Notes: generated by a model not told the origin, from the sequence alone. A stretch of 50,705 nucleotides of DNA from an uncultured Gammaproteobacteria bacterium (GCA_964435875.1 CAYTAV010000002.1:1-50705), one strand, 5' to 3'. Shown: positions 18,564-27,465, counted from the first letter of the stretch. A program made the numbers and translations.

Positions 18564-19724
18564 TCAGCCCTTGATTACGGCCAGAGGCTTGAGCTCGGTA
18601 ACGATCTCAACCAAGTCCTTTTGGTTCTGCATGACGACATCGATATCTTTGTAAGCACCGGGCGCTTCGTCAAGGTCGCGGCGGGCTCGTAGGGCATGCA
18701 GGACGCCTAAGCGGTCGAGGCGGGCTGTTTCATCTTCGAATGACAGACTTCTTTCAGCCTCCTTCCTGCCCAGTTTCCGTCCCGCGCCGTGCGAGCAGGA
18801 AGAGAAGCTTTCCGGATTGCCGAGGCCGCGCACGATATAGCTCGCCGAACCTTGCGAGCCCGGGATGATACCGGCCTCTCCGGCGGCAGCGCGCGTCGCC
18901 CCTTTGCGGTGTACGATGGTTTCGCGGCCGTAATGCATTTCTTTCGCCGCGTAATTATGAGCGATATTGATCAGTCCGTCGATCAGGACAGCCTGGCCGG
19001 CGACTTTTTCAAAGATCTCGGCGAGCGCTTTAACCATCAGCCTGCGGTTCGCGAGGGCGAACTCGACGCAATACCGCATCTCTTGCATATAGGATATGCC
19101 TTCTGCGGTTTCGATGCCAAGAGCGCAGAGCTGCCAGGAGCGGGGCAGAGGGAGCTTCAGCGTGTCGTTTTGCTTCATCGCCAACCTGTTGTAATGGTCC
19201 GCGACCTGTTTTCCGATGTTGCGCGAACCAGAATGCGCCATGAGCCAGACACGGCCGTCCGAACCCTGCTGGATCTCAAGAAAATGGTTACCGCCGCCGA
19301 GCGTCCCGACCTGCCGTTTCGCGCTTTCGTATTCGCGCCGGACGATTGGCAGGCTGGCTTTGAGTTCAGGCATGACGCTCTCGTCCTGCGCTTGCTCGTG
19401 GCGCTTGAAACCCGTCGGGATCGTCCGGCGCGCTATGGCGATAATTTCTGTCAGTTGGCTTCGGGGCATGCTCCGCGCCTGGGTCGGTACAGCGCACATG
19501 CCGCAACCGATATCGACGCCGACGGCGTTCGGCACGACATGCCCGATCGCCGCGAGCACTCCGCCGATCGGCATTCCAAAGCCTTCGTGCGCGTCCGGCA
19601 TGATCGCGACATGATGGAAGGCGAACGGCAGATTCGCGACGTGCTTGGCCTGTTCGAGCGCCCCGGGCTCGATATCGTCGAGCCAGAGCTTGATCGGGAT
19701 CCGCTCAGTATCGATTATCCTCAT
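18564..19724 (-). CDS. rtcB: RtcB-family RNA 3'-phosphate ligase
   Basis: 386 aa. MPDAHEGFGMPIGG, GVDIGCGM, LGGGNHFLE, HSGSRN.G, CSHGAGR - the conserved RtcB metal- and GMP-binding motifs. Confidence 0.95.
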   Translation of the reverse strand: MRIIDTERIPIKLWLDDIEPGALEQAKHVANLPFAFHHVAIMPDAHEGFGMPIGGVLAAIGHVVPNAVGVDIGCGMCAVPTQARSMPRSQLTEIIAIARRTIPTGFKRHEQAQDESVMPELKASLPIVRREYESAKRQVGTLGGGNHFLEIQQGSDGRVWLMAHSGSRNIGKQVADHYNRLAMKQNDTLKLPLPRSWQLCALGIETAEGISYMQEMRYCVEFALANRRLMVKALAEIFEKVAGQAVLIDGLINIAHNYAAKEMHYGRETIVHRKGATRAAAGEAGIIPGSQGSASYIVRGLGNPESFSSCSHGAGRKLGRKEAERSLSFEDETARLDRLGVLHALRARRDLDEAPGAYKDIDVVMQNQKDLVEIVTELKPLAVIKG

Positions 19725-19835
19725 AATCTTCGTCTATTTACAGCATCTCGCCTAAAGGTTATCATATATTATAACCTATTTATATTATATTTATATTAAC
19801 CAGGCTAGTAGAGCTGAAAAAAATAATCGGAATAT

Positions 19836-20129
19836 ATGGGAGCAGTATGGGAACAGCAGGGATGCTTGAAATTATCTCCAAGCCAGGGCCTGATTGGGCG
19901 CGATGAACTGGCCGTCGGCAAGGAATATCCTTTTAGGAAGGAGCGGCACAGGCTCTATATGCTCGATACGCCGATCGAACTCGTCACCGACGATTGGCAG
20001 GTCATCGCGCGTGTCGAGATAACCAAGCTCATTATCGGCAATGGGACGACGCAGGGAGTATATAAAGTCTTGAAAGTTTATTCTGACGAAGAAGCGAGAG
20101 TCGTCTCAGGAACCATAATCAGGAAATAA
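19836..20129 (+). CDS. Hypothetical small protein (start uncertain; internal ATG at 19959 is possible)
   Basis: ORF only; no motif recognised. Confidence 0.45.
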   Translation: MGAVWEQQGCLKLSPSQGLIGRDELAVGKEYPFRKERHRLYMLDTPIELVTDDWQVIARVEITKLIIGNGTTQGVYKVLKVYSDEEARVVSGTIIRK

Positions 20130-20158
20130 AAAAACCGCTGGAATTATTAGCACAGCGG
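20128..20158 (-). terminator. Intrinsic terminator for the minus-strand gene 20168-20485
   Basis: ccgctg (20135-20140) / cagcgg (20153-20158). The 7-nt A-run on the plus strand is a U-run on the minus strand. Confidence 0.5.
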
Positions 20159-20167
20159 AGAAGGATT

Positions 20168-20485
20168 TCAGAGGGGCTGGTAAGCAGAGGTTATGATTTT
20201 ATTTTCAGAAAAGATCATTACTGATTCGGGGATTATGAATTCTTCCCCATTTCTGCTGGCAAGCCTGCCGCTGATCCTGAAAATGTTCATTGCATTTTGT
20301 TCGAACAAGTCTGGTTCCATCGTGAGGGGGTTGGCGGGCGAAGGAAATCTGTCATCCAAGGGCTCAAGGCCATCGAAATATACATTGTAAGTTTGGCCTT
20401 TTAACCCATTTTTTGAGAATGCGTTGAAAATCATGAAATCCGGCGAATACCACTCGACGATCCTGCCCGTTATTTCGATAATCAT
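20168..20485 (-). CDS. Hypothetical protein (105 aa)
   Basis: ORF with an SD-like AAAGGGA upstream; no motif recognised. Confidence 0.5.
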   Translation of the reverse strand: MIIEITGRIVEWYSPDFMIFNAFSKNGLKGQTYNVYFDGLEPLDDRFPSPANPLTMEPDLFEQNAMNIFRISGRLASRNGEEFIIPESVMIFSENKIITSAYQPL

Positions 20486-20632
20486 CTTTAGTCCCTTTCT
20501 TATTCTGGGTCTTTAGAATGAACATAATCAAACACAAATAGCAGAATTTATACAAAAATATACGCTATAATAGCACATAATTCCCACTGCGTCAATTATA
20601 AGGATTATTCTTATGATTTATTCAAATTATTT

Positions 20633-21235
20633 ATGTCCGATAATATGAGTAATAACAAGAGAGGAGGCGAGCGATTTATCAATGCAAACCTAGCTTCAGC
20701 AGCAATTGCGATGGATGATTATACGCAAGCCAGTGCCTGGCCGAGGACAGCCGCGATTTTCCTAGCTATCGCGGGTTCAGCGACATTGCTGCCATTATTT
20801 TTGCATATCCAATGGATGACCGGGCCTTTCGTAAACGCGATGCTGATCATTATGCTTTTTTTAGTCGGTATCAGGAGCGCGCTGGTCTTATGCATGTTGC
20901 CGAGCCTGGCGGCCCTCGCTGGAGGGCTGCTGCCGGCTCCGCTCGCGCCTGTCGTGCCCTTCATCATGATCGGCAATGCAATCTATATCCTTTTGATTGA
21001 ATTCTTCTATTCGCGCTCCAAGGACCAGGAAAAGGGGTACTGGTACGGTGTCGCGGCCGGTTCAGCCGGCAAGTTCCTGTTCCTTTACGGGAGCGTAACG
21101 ATCATCGTCCGGCTCGTCCTGAAGCAGGAGCTCGCCGTCAAGGTCGCGCAGATGATGAGCTGGCCTCAGCTCGCGACTGCCGCGACCGGAGGCATGCTCG
21201 CCTGGATCTTCCTGAAATGGATCAGGAGGATCTGA
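20633..21235 (+). CDS. Polytopic membrane protein (weak resemblance to ECF-transporter S components)
   Basis: About 5-6 hydrophobic segments. The family assignment is only an impression from the GPFVNAMLI-type segment. Confidence 0.6.
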   Translation: MSDNMSNNKRGGERFINANLASAAIAMDDYTQASAWPRTAAIFLAIAGSATLLPLFLHIQWMTGPFVNAMLIIMLFLVGIRSALVLCMLPSLAALAGGLLPAPLAPVVPFIMIGNAIYILLIEFFYSRSKDQEKGYWYGVAAGSAGKFLFLYGSVTIIVRLVLKQELAVKVAQMMSWPQLATAATGGMLAWIFLKWIRRI

Positions 21236-21245
21236 ATTTTGCGAT

Positions 21246-21275
21246 AAAAAATGCTCGGAGGCGAGCCTCCGAGCA
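21246..21275 (-). terminator. Intrinsic terminator after the minus-strand gene 21281-21736
   Basis: tgctcggagg (21252-21261) / cctccgagca (21266-21275). The A-run 21246-21251 is a U-run on the minus strand. Confidence 0.6.
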
Positions 21276-21280
21276 GGTGT

Positions 21281-21736
21281 TCATTTAAGGACAGGGAGCT
21301 TTTCCATGCCCATAACCTTCAATACAAACGTTTCTATCTCCTGTGAGCGGGAAGCGAGCTTCTCGCCCCTACGGACCATTGAGATCAGGTCTCCAGGCAA
21401 AGGAGAGCTGGAATTGATAATTTGTCCGCGGTACTGGACCAGATTCTGTCCGCCTTTGTTTGAAATCGCTACAAGCACTTTGCTTATGAAAGCGCCTTTC
21501 GGCGTTTCAACGAAGCCTAAATTGACCTCGATTTCGATTCGGACTTCACCAGGTGTCGTATAATAGCACACCAGAATCGACTCTGTGATCTGCTCTGCGT
21601 CCCAGATCGGCTCACTGGCATACTTCCCTTCAATCACCCTGACGTTTTCCGCAGGGAAGACATTTGCCTTGCCAGCGGTTAAAAAGGCAAAAATCAGAAT
21701 AATCAGCACCAAAACAAAATTTGTCTTACTTTTCAT
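21281..21736 (-). CDS. Small secreted protein, unknown function
   Basis: Signal peptide MKSKTNFVLVLIILIFAFLTAGKA. Strong SD (AAGGGAGGAAGG) upstream. Confidence 0.65.
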   Translation of the reverse strand: MKSKTNFVLVLIILIFAFLTAGKANVFPAENVRVIEGKYASEPIWDAEQITESILVCYYTTPGEVRIEIEVNLGFVETPKGAFISKVLVAISNKGGQNLVQYRGQIINSSSPLPGDLISMVRRGEKLASRSQEIETFVLKVMGMEKLPVLK

Positions 21737-21765
21737 TTTCCTTCCTCCCTTTATTGACGCCTAAA

Positions 21766-22194
21766 TCAAGCCATTTCCATGCCTATTAACTGGCATACTA
21801 ATCCTAAAACCATGCGGATATTCTCTTCTTGGCCGTCCAAGCTCATTTCATTCTGGGCAGCCAGGCAAATTTTCCTTACCATCGCCTGGATCAATGCCTC
21901 AAAAGAGCTTTGCTTCAGATCGATCATAGGAGCCGGACTGATGCCGGCAATCAATTTGCGCTCGACTTTGATATCGAATTTTCCTCCGATTCCTTCCTGG
22001 TATTCCATCCATACAATTACGCTGTATGCGTTGCAGTGATTGTCAGCCGCTATCGTTACGCGGGTTGTTTCCGAAATATTGGCCAGGGCGAAAATCCCCT
22101 TGCCGAATTGTGCGTAAACGATCTCTCCGGCATTCGCCTCAGAAGAGAAAAGCGTGCCCAATAGAATAATCGAAATGACGATTAGTCTGATCAT
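21766..22194 (-). CDS. Small secreted protein, unknown function
   Basis: Signal peptide MIRLIVISIILLGTLFSSEANA; SD AGAGAGGA upstream. Confidence 0.65.
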   Translation of the reverse strand: MIRLIVISIILLGTLFSSEANAGEIVYAQFGKGIFALANISETTRVTIAADNHCNAYSVIVWMEYQEGIGGKFDIKVERKLIAGISPAPMIDLKQSSFEALIQAMVRKICLAAQNEMSLDGQEENIRMVLGLVCQLIGMEMA

Positions 22195-22300
22195 GATAGA
22201 TCCTCTCTTTGTGAAGGTTCAGTTGAATAATCAAAACACAATAATGTTAATATCGGGATATTATACATTTGTTATGTTAATAATCATTTAATATTAGCAT

Positions 22301-22324
22301 GAAAAAAGAGCTTTGTCAAGCTCT
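22301..22324 (-). terminator. Intrinsic terminator after the minus-strand gene 22349-22900
   Basis: agagctt (22307-22313) / aagctct (22318-22324), with a preceding plus-strand A-run. Confidence 0.5.
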
Positions 22325-22348
22325 TCAATACATAATGTAGTATAAAGT

Positions 22349-22900
22349 TCAATAATTTTGGATTTCAACCCTTTTACCAGCAGGATTAGAGGTACCGAAA
22401 AAGGCGATATTTATGAGAGATGAGGAGATTAGTAGGGTCTCGTTTCCCGGCCGATCACCGCTTTTGATGATCTCATCTGCATTAACCGCGAAGCACAGAA
22501 TCATCAGCTGAGCCTCAAGATCACTGCGGCTTTCGCCTTGCGGCTCGACGGCAAAAATCTTGCTTTCGCTATATGTGCATTTATACACCACTTGTTTGTG
22601 CGTATTCCTTTCGAGCAGTTTGATCATATCAACCTGCCGATTCTTGCGGTTGCCATAAGCCATTAATACTTTTGCAATGTCGCCTTGGTGGTCAACCGTA
22701 TAATAATAGGCGATCCAAGGACCTTTTTGCGTAATGCATAGCCCTGAATAGTTCGAAAGCTTGTAGCATAACGAACCGGCCGGGATTTCGATTTCATTCA
22801 GCCGGTCTTTGGATTTGCTGGATTTTGCAGCTAACGCTGGATTTTGAAATGAGCAGGAAAGTACAAGGATTACCGATGTTATGGCAGCCAGAAATTTCAT
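22349..22900 (-). CDS. Small secreted protein or lipoprotein, unknown function
   Basis: Signal peptide MKFLAAITSVILVLSCS; SD GAGGAGG upstream. Confidence 0.65.
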   Translation of the reverse strand: MKFLAAITSVILVLSCSFQNPALAAKSSKSKDRLNEIEIPAGSLCYKLSNYSGLCITQKGPWIAYYYTVDHQGDIAKVLMAYGNRKNRQVDMIKLLERNTHKQVVYKCTYSESKIFAVEPQGESRSDLEAQLMILCFAVNADEIIKSGDRPGNETLLISSSLINIAFFGTSNPAGKRVEIQNY

Positions 22901-23070
22901 GTTTAACCTCCTCGATCGATACTATTGCGTTTAATGTAGGAATATGACAAAATTGTCCGAAAACTATCCGGCAACTCTTGATTTGCAAAAAACATGCCGT
23001 TATCTTATACTAAAAACATAAAAATGGGAAGAGCGTATAAAATTTATCATTCTTATTTAAAAATCAAGTT

Positions 23071-24912
23071 ATGCCCATAACAAAAGAGCCGATTAGCGCC
23101 CAGGAACTTAGGGACAAATTCCTGGATTTTTTTAAATCAAAAGGCCATGCCATAATCCCGAGCGCTTCACTGATTCCTGAAAACGATCCGACGGTGCTGT
23201 TCACGACCGCCGGGATGCACCCCTTAGTCCCGTATCTCATGGGTGAGCCCCATCCGGAAGGCAGGCGCCTCGCCAACGTACAGAAATGCGTCCGTACGGA
23301 CGATATCGAGGAGGTCGGCGACCGCACGCACCATACGTTTTTCGAGATGCTCGGTAATTGGTCGCTCGGCGATTATTTCAAGCGCGAAGCGATCAGCTGG
23401 AGCTGGGAGTTCCTGACAAGTCCTGATTGGCTCGGGCTTGATAAGAAATTGCTCGCCGTATCGGTGTTTGCTGGCGATGATGATGCGCCATTCGACGAAG
23501 AAGCCTACAAGATCTGGAAAGACGAAATCGGCATCGCACCCGAGCGCATCGCTAAACTGCCGAAAAAGAACAACTGGTGGGGGCCGGCCGGCGAGACCGG
23601 ACCTTGCGGTCCGGATACGGAGATGTTCTACTGGACCGGAGATCCGGAAAAAGTGCCGGCCAGTTTTAATGATGATAATGAATACTGGGTTGAGATCTGG
23701 AACGATGTCTTCATGGAATATAACAAGACCAAGGACAGGCGCTATGAAAAACTTCCGATGCAGAACGTCGATACCGGCATGGGCCTCGAGCGCGTGCTTG
23801 CGATCTTGAACGGTTATGATGATAACTTCAGGACCGTGCTGTTCTCTCACTGCATTGCCCGCCTGCAGTTCATTTCCGGAAAAAAATACGGCGAATCCGA
23901 GGAAGTCACGCGCGCGATGCGCATCATTACGGACCACCTGAAAGCCGCGACCTTCATGATCGGCGATCCGAACGGCGTCCCGCCTTCGAATACCGGCAGA
24001 GGCTATATCGTCCGGCGGCTGATCAGGCGCGCGGTCAGGTACGGGAAAATGATAGGCATCGAGAATTACAAGATCGGCAACATCGTCGATGAATCCTGGA
24101 CGAAAGAGATCGCGAAAATCATCGTGCATGATTATTACCGGCAATACCCGGAACTGCAGTCCAACGTCGACCGGATCGTCACCGAAATCAAAAATGAAGA
24201 GCTGAAATTCAAGGCGACGCTCGAGAAAGGCCTGAAGGAATTCGAGAAGATTACGCAGAAGCTTGGCGGCGGAAAATCGATCGATGGGGACCGCGCTTTT
24301 GACCTGTACCAGACATACGGTTTTCCGGTCGAGATGACTGTGGAAATGGCGCGCGAGAAAGGACTGTCGGTCGACCTTGCCGGATTCGACAGTGAAATGC
24401 AGAAGCACCAGGAATTGTCGAGAACGGCTTCCGCCGGCATGTTCAAGGGCGGACTGGCGGATGCGAGCGACGAGACCAGGCGCCTGCATACGGCGGCCCA
24501 CCTGATGCTGGCCGCATTGCGCAAAGTCCTGGGCATGGATGTGAGGCAGAAAGGATCGCACATCACAGCCGATCGCCTGCGTTTCGACTTTTCTTTCGAA
24601 AGAAAGCTGTCGCCGGACGAGATTGCAAAAGTCGAAGAACTCGTCAATTCGGCGATCGAACAGGATCTGCCGGTCACGTGCATGGAAATGACGGTCGCGG
24701 CCGCCAAGGAATACGGCGCTATTGGAGCCTTTGAGTCCAGATACGGCGAACACGTTAAGGTTTATACGGTCGGCGAGGGGGAAGGGATATTCTCGAAGGA
24801 AATCTGCGGAGGGCCGCATGTCGAAAGGACCGGGCAGCTAGGGCGTTTCAAGATCAAGAAAGAAGAATCATCAAGCGCAGGCGTGCGGAGGATCAAAGCC
24901 GTTCTCGGATAG
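23071..24912 (+). CDS. alaS: Alanine--tRNA ligase, unusually short (613 aa): catalytic and tRNA-recognition domains plus a minimal editing core, with no C-Ala domain
   Basis: FLDFFKSKGH..., FTTAGM, HHTFFEMLGNWS(L)GDYFK, GPCGP, VDTGMGLER, GRGYI(V)RR(L)IRRA. Editing motifs HTAAHLM and CGGPHV. Ends at GVRRIKAVLG. Confidence 0.95.
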   Translation: MPITKEPISAQELRDKFLDFFKSKGHAIIPSASLIPENDPTVLFTTAGMHPLVPYLMGEPHPEGRRLANVQKCVRTDDIEEVGDRTHHTFFEMLGNWSLGDYFKREAISWSWEFLTSPDWLGLDKKLLAVSVFAGDDDAPFDEEAYKIWKDEIGIAPERIAKLPKKNNWWGPAGETGPCGPDTEMFYWTGDPEKVPASFNDDNEYWVEIWNDVFMEYNKTKDRRYEKLPMQNVDTGMGLERVLAILNGYDDNFRTVLFSHCIARLQFISGKKYGESEEVTRAMRIITDHLKAATFMIGDPNGVPPSNTGRGYIVRRLIRRAVRYGKMIGIENYKIGNIVDESWTKEIAKIIVHDYYRQYPELQSNVDRIVTEIKNEELKFKATLEKGLKEFEKITQKLGGGKSIDGDRAFDLYQTYGFPVEMTVEMAREKGLSVDLAGFDSEMQKHQELSRTASAGMFKGGLADASDETRRLHTAAHLMLAALRKVLGMDVRQKGSHITADRLRFDFSFERKLSPDEIAKVEELVNSAIEQDLPVTCMEMTVAAAKEYGAIGAFESRYGEHVKVYTVGEGEGIFSKEICGGPHVERTGQLGRFKIKKEESSSAGVRRIKAVLG

Positions 24913-25034
24913 TTATTTTTTGTTTTTTTAGGACAAAGGCAGGAAAAAACCTGCCCTGACCGAGCTTAATGATGAATAATGTTTTGCCTTATTTTAGCAG
25001 ATAATCATCGGATTATTGATTTTCCGGGCTACTA

Positions 25035-25063
25035 TTGACAAATGAGTGCACAAAATATATAAT
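25035..25063 (+). promoter_or_regulatory. Consensus sigma70 promoter (TTGACA - 17 nt - TATAAT) for the infA-rpmJ-rpsM... operon
   Basis: Both hexamers match the consensus exactly with a 17-nt spacer, about 100 nt upstream of infA. Confidence 0.7.
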
Positions 25064-25110
25064 ATTCCCATATATTCACAATATATTGTTTAAAGTAGCT
25101 TTACATTACG

Positions 25111-25146
25111 ATTTTGGTAAGGCAATGCATTTACCAAAATTTTTAA
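25111..25146 (+). promoter_or_regulatory. Terminator-like hairpin + T-run inside the infA leader (possible attenuator)
   Basis: attttggtaa (25111-25120) / ttaccaaaat (25131-25140), a perfect 10-bp stem followed by ttttaat. Confidence 0.4.
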
Positions 25147-25162
25147 TGTCTTAAAACGCTTG

Positions 25163-25408
25163 ATGGCCGCATTCAATAAAGAAGCGAACGCTATCGATTC
25201 GAAGGATTTCATCGAGATGAAGGGCGAGATAACTGAAGCGATGCCTTCGACGACATTCAAAGTCCTGCTTGAGAACGGGCATGAGATATTAGCGCATCTC
25301 TCTGGGCGCATGCGGATGAATAAGATACGCCTTTTGCCCGGCGATATGGTCCGAGTACAGTTGAGCCCGTACGACCTGACCAAAGGAAGGATTGTTTATC
25401 GACTTTGA
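25163..25408 (+). CDS. infA: Translation initiation factor IF-1
   Basis: [64 protein letters not shown] matches IF-1 end to end. Confidence 0.93.
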   Translation: MAAFNKEANAIDSKDFIEMKGEITEAMPSTTFKVLLENGHEILAHLSGRMRMNKIRLLPGDMVRVQLSPYDLTKGRIVYRL

Positions 25409-25495
25409 ACTATCTCAGCATGATGGTTAAAGGAAGCCCCTAGCAACGGGAAGACTGCCTGATCGGCCAAGATAATAAAATAAGTGCAAGCAAGC

Positions 25496-25609
25496 ATGAA
25501 AGTACGCGCAGCGGTTAAAAAAATCTGCAAAGATTGCAAGGTCATCCGGAGGAACCGGCGCGTTATTATATTATGCAAGAATCCCCGGCATAAGCAGAGA
25601 CAGGGATAG
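25496..25609 (+). CDS. rpmJ: 50S ribosomal protein L36 (not in the ORF track; 37 aa)
   Basis: Hand translation: [37 protein letters not shown], the canonical L36 sequence with its CxxC...C...H zinc ligands. Confidence 0.93.
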   Translation: MKVRAAVKKICKDCKVIRRNRRVIILCKNPRHKQRQG

Positions 25610-25743
25610 GCGCATCTGATTCCGGATCCTAAACATCGAACGATACAAAGGGAATAAGCGTCAATTAGAATTAAAAACAAACTCGAAATTTGAAATTCGG
25701 AAAAAATCATTCGGAATTCGAAGCTCGATTTACGATTTATAAT

Positions 25744-26136
25744 ATGGCAGTCAGAATTGCGGGAGTCATCCTCCCGAATGAAAAAACCGTCGAGATAGCA
25801 CTGACTTATGTCTACGGGATCGGCCTGACCACTTCGAGAAAGATACTGAAGGCGGTCGGGATCTTGCCGTCGGTCCGCGTAAAGGATTTGAAGGATGAAG
25901 ACGCGAACAAACTCAGGACGATTATCGAGAAGCAGCACCGGGTCGAAGGCGACCTCAGGCGCGACAGGCAGAGCGATATTAAGCGGCTGAAGGATATCGG
26001 CAGTTACAGGGGAACGCGCCATATGCGCAGCCTGCCAGTGCGCGGCCAGAGGACAAAAACGAACAACCGTACGGTCAGGGGCAACAGGCGCGTTACCATG
26101 GGTTCCGGCAAGAAGCCAGCCGCACAGAAGACTTAA
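25744..26136 (+). CDS. rpsM: 30S ribosomal protein S13
   Basis: [35 protein letters not shown]...[26 protein letters not shown] at 25744 inside the longer track ORF. Confidence 0.95.
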   Translation: MAVRIAGVILPNEKTVEIALTYVYGIGLTTSRKILKAVGILPSVRVKDLKDEDANKLRTIIEKQHRVEGDLRRDRQSDIKRLKDIGSYRGTRHMRSLPVRGQRTKTNNRTVRGNRRVTMGSGKKPAAQKT

Positions 26137-26168
26137 ACGACCGGCCGAACAGCCGTAAAGGAACAAAT

Positions 26169-26771
26169 ATGACAAACAACGACAACCAACCGACTAACGA
26201 TATAAAGACAGAGGACGCGGCAGCAGAGCAGGCGCCAGCCTTAAGCGTATCGAACGAATTGAATGAGAGGCAGGACCTGAAATCCGACTCCAGGCCGAAG
26301 GAAAACATGAGGAGCGGCCTTGTCGAGCTGCCAGAAAGCGTGCGGCAGAAGCTGGAGAAGCAGAAGGAAGCCCGCACAAAGAAGCTGAAGAAAAAGAAGA
26401 CTAAAAAGGCGAAAGACAAGCGGATCTCTACAGGACGGGCATACGTCAAATCGACATACAATAATACTATCATTACCCTGACCGATGCGACCGGGAACGT
26501 GCTTTCCTGGGCAAGCGCCGGCATCGCCGGATTCAAGGGGCCTAAGAAATCGACGCCTTACGCCGCACAGGTAATAACCCGGATCGCTGTAGAACGTGCA
26601 CGTGAGCAGTACGGCCTTGAAGAAGTCAGCGTTTTTGTCAACGGCGTCGGGACGGGACGCGAAGCCGCGGTTCGGGCACTGAACGCCAACGGGCTTTTGA
26701 TCGTTGCGATCAAAGATATTACGCCTGTTCCACACAACGGCTGCCGCCCGAAAAAGCCGAGACGGGTCTAA
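26169..26771 (+). CDS. rpsK: 30S ribosomal protein S11 with a long low-complexity N-terminal extension (alternative start ATG at 26307)
   Basis: Core [46 protein letters not shown]...[13 protein letters not shown]. The core is preceded by about 88 aa of acidic then Lys-rich sequence. Confidence 0.9.
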   Translation: MTNNDNQPTNDIKTEDAAAEQAPALSVSNELNERQDLKSDSRPKENMRSGLVELPESVRQKLEKQKEARTKKLKKKKTKKAKDKRISTGRAYVKSTYNNTIITLTDATGNVLSWASAGIAGFKGPKKSTPYAAQVITRIAVERAREQYGLEEVSVFVNGVGTGREAAVRALNANGLLIVAIKDITPVPHNGCRPKKPRRV

Positions 26772-26835
26772 AAAGATCGACCAGTTCAACGATATTAAGC
26801 CAAATACAAAGAATAATTTAGCGAAAGCAAGCATT

Positions 26836-27465
26836 ATGTCAAAGAATCTCGAAGCAAGGTGCAAGAAGTGCAGGAGGATCGGAGAGAAGCTTTTTCTCAA
26901 GGGTGACCGGTGCTCAACGCCGAAATGCTCGATCGTCAAGCGCAATTATCCTCCCGGCTTCCACGGGCCGAAAGGCCGAGGAAGACAGTCCGGCTACGGC
27001 TTGCAGCTTGCAGAGAAGCAGAAAGCGAAAGCGACTTATAATATTCTGGAGCGCCAGTTCAGGATAACGTTCGAGAAGGCAAAGAAGCTCAAGGGCGACC
27101 TGGGGGTGAACTTCATGCGCCTCTTGGAGACCCGTCTCGATAATACGGTCTACCGCGCAGGCATGGCGTCTTCGAGGCGCCAGGCGCGCGAGCTCGTCGC
27201 GCACGGCCATTTCACGGTCAACGGCAGGAAAGTCACGATTCCGTCGTTCCAGGTCAAACCCGGAGACATGATCGCCGTCTATAAGCACAGCCAGAGGACC
27301 AAGCCTTTCGCTGATATCAGGGAAAAATTGAAGAAGAAAGAGGGACCGAGCTGGCTGTTCATCGATAAGAACGAGGCGACCGTCAAGATCCTGCATGCGC
27401 CTAAGGCTGACGATCTCGAGAAAGGCATCGCGCCGCAGGTTATCGTCGAATATTATTCCAGATAA
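26836..27465 (+). CDS. rpsD: 30S ribosomal protein S4 (Zn-ribbon type)
   Basis: CKKCRRIGEKLFLKGDRCSTPKC, YGLQLAEKQKAK, LETRLDNTVYRAGMA.SRRQARELVAHGHF.VNG. Confidence 0.95.
   Translation: MSKNLEARCKKCRRIGEKLFLKGDRCSTPKCSIVKRNYPPGFHGPKGRGRQSGYGLQLAEKQKAKATYNILERQFRITFEKAKKLKGDLGVNFMRLLETRLDNTVYRAGMASSRRQARELVAHGHFTVNGRKVTIPSFQVKPGDMIAVYKHSQRTKPFADIREKLKKKEGPSWLFIDKNEATVKILHAPKADDLEKGIAPQVIVEYYSR

Noticed and set aside
18789-19799. 336-aa ORF antisense to rtcB (and the nested ORF 19216-19614)
   Set aside because: The opposite strand encodes an unmistakable RtcB. The antisense translation is Arg/Ala-rich with no recognisable domain, SD or signal.
20486-20632. Possible riboswitch upstream of the membrane protein at 20633
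   Set aside because: The leader is only about 60 nt. I could not match it to preQ1, TPP, THF or other small riboswitch consensus sequences.
22901-23070. Possible T-box or other leader upstream of alaS
   Set aside because: The spacer between a plausible promoter and the ATG is well under 100 nt. That is too short for a T-box, and no specifier or T-box sequence is visible.
23224-24819. 531-aa ORF antisense to alaS
   Set aside because: It lies entirely within, and opposite to, a gene whose product matches AlaRS motifs end to end. Its translation is low-complexity and Arg/Pro/Gly-rich with no motif. It is typical of stop-poor antisense frames.
24938-24955. Hairpin ggcagg-aaaaaa-cctgcc after alaS as a terminator
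   Set aside because: No T-run follows it on either strand. It may still contribute to termination, but the support is weak.
25396-26945. Long minus-strand ORFs (25396-26175, 26093-26536, 26241-26945) across infA/rpmJ/rpsM/rpsK/rpsD
   Set aside because: They overlap highly conserved ribosomal protein genes on the plus strand, so they are antisense frame artefacts.
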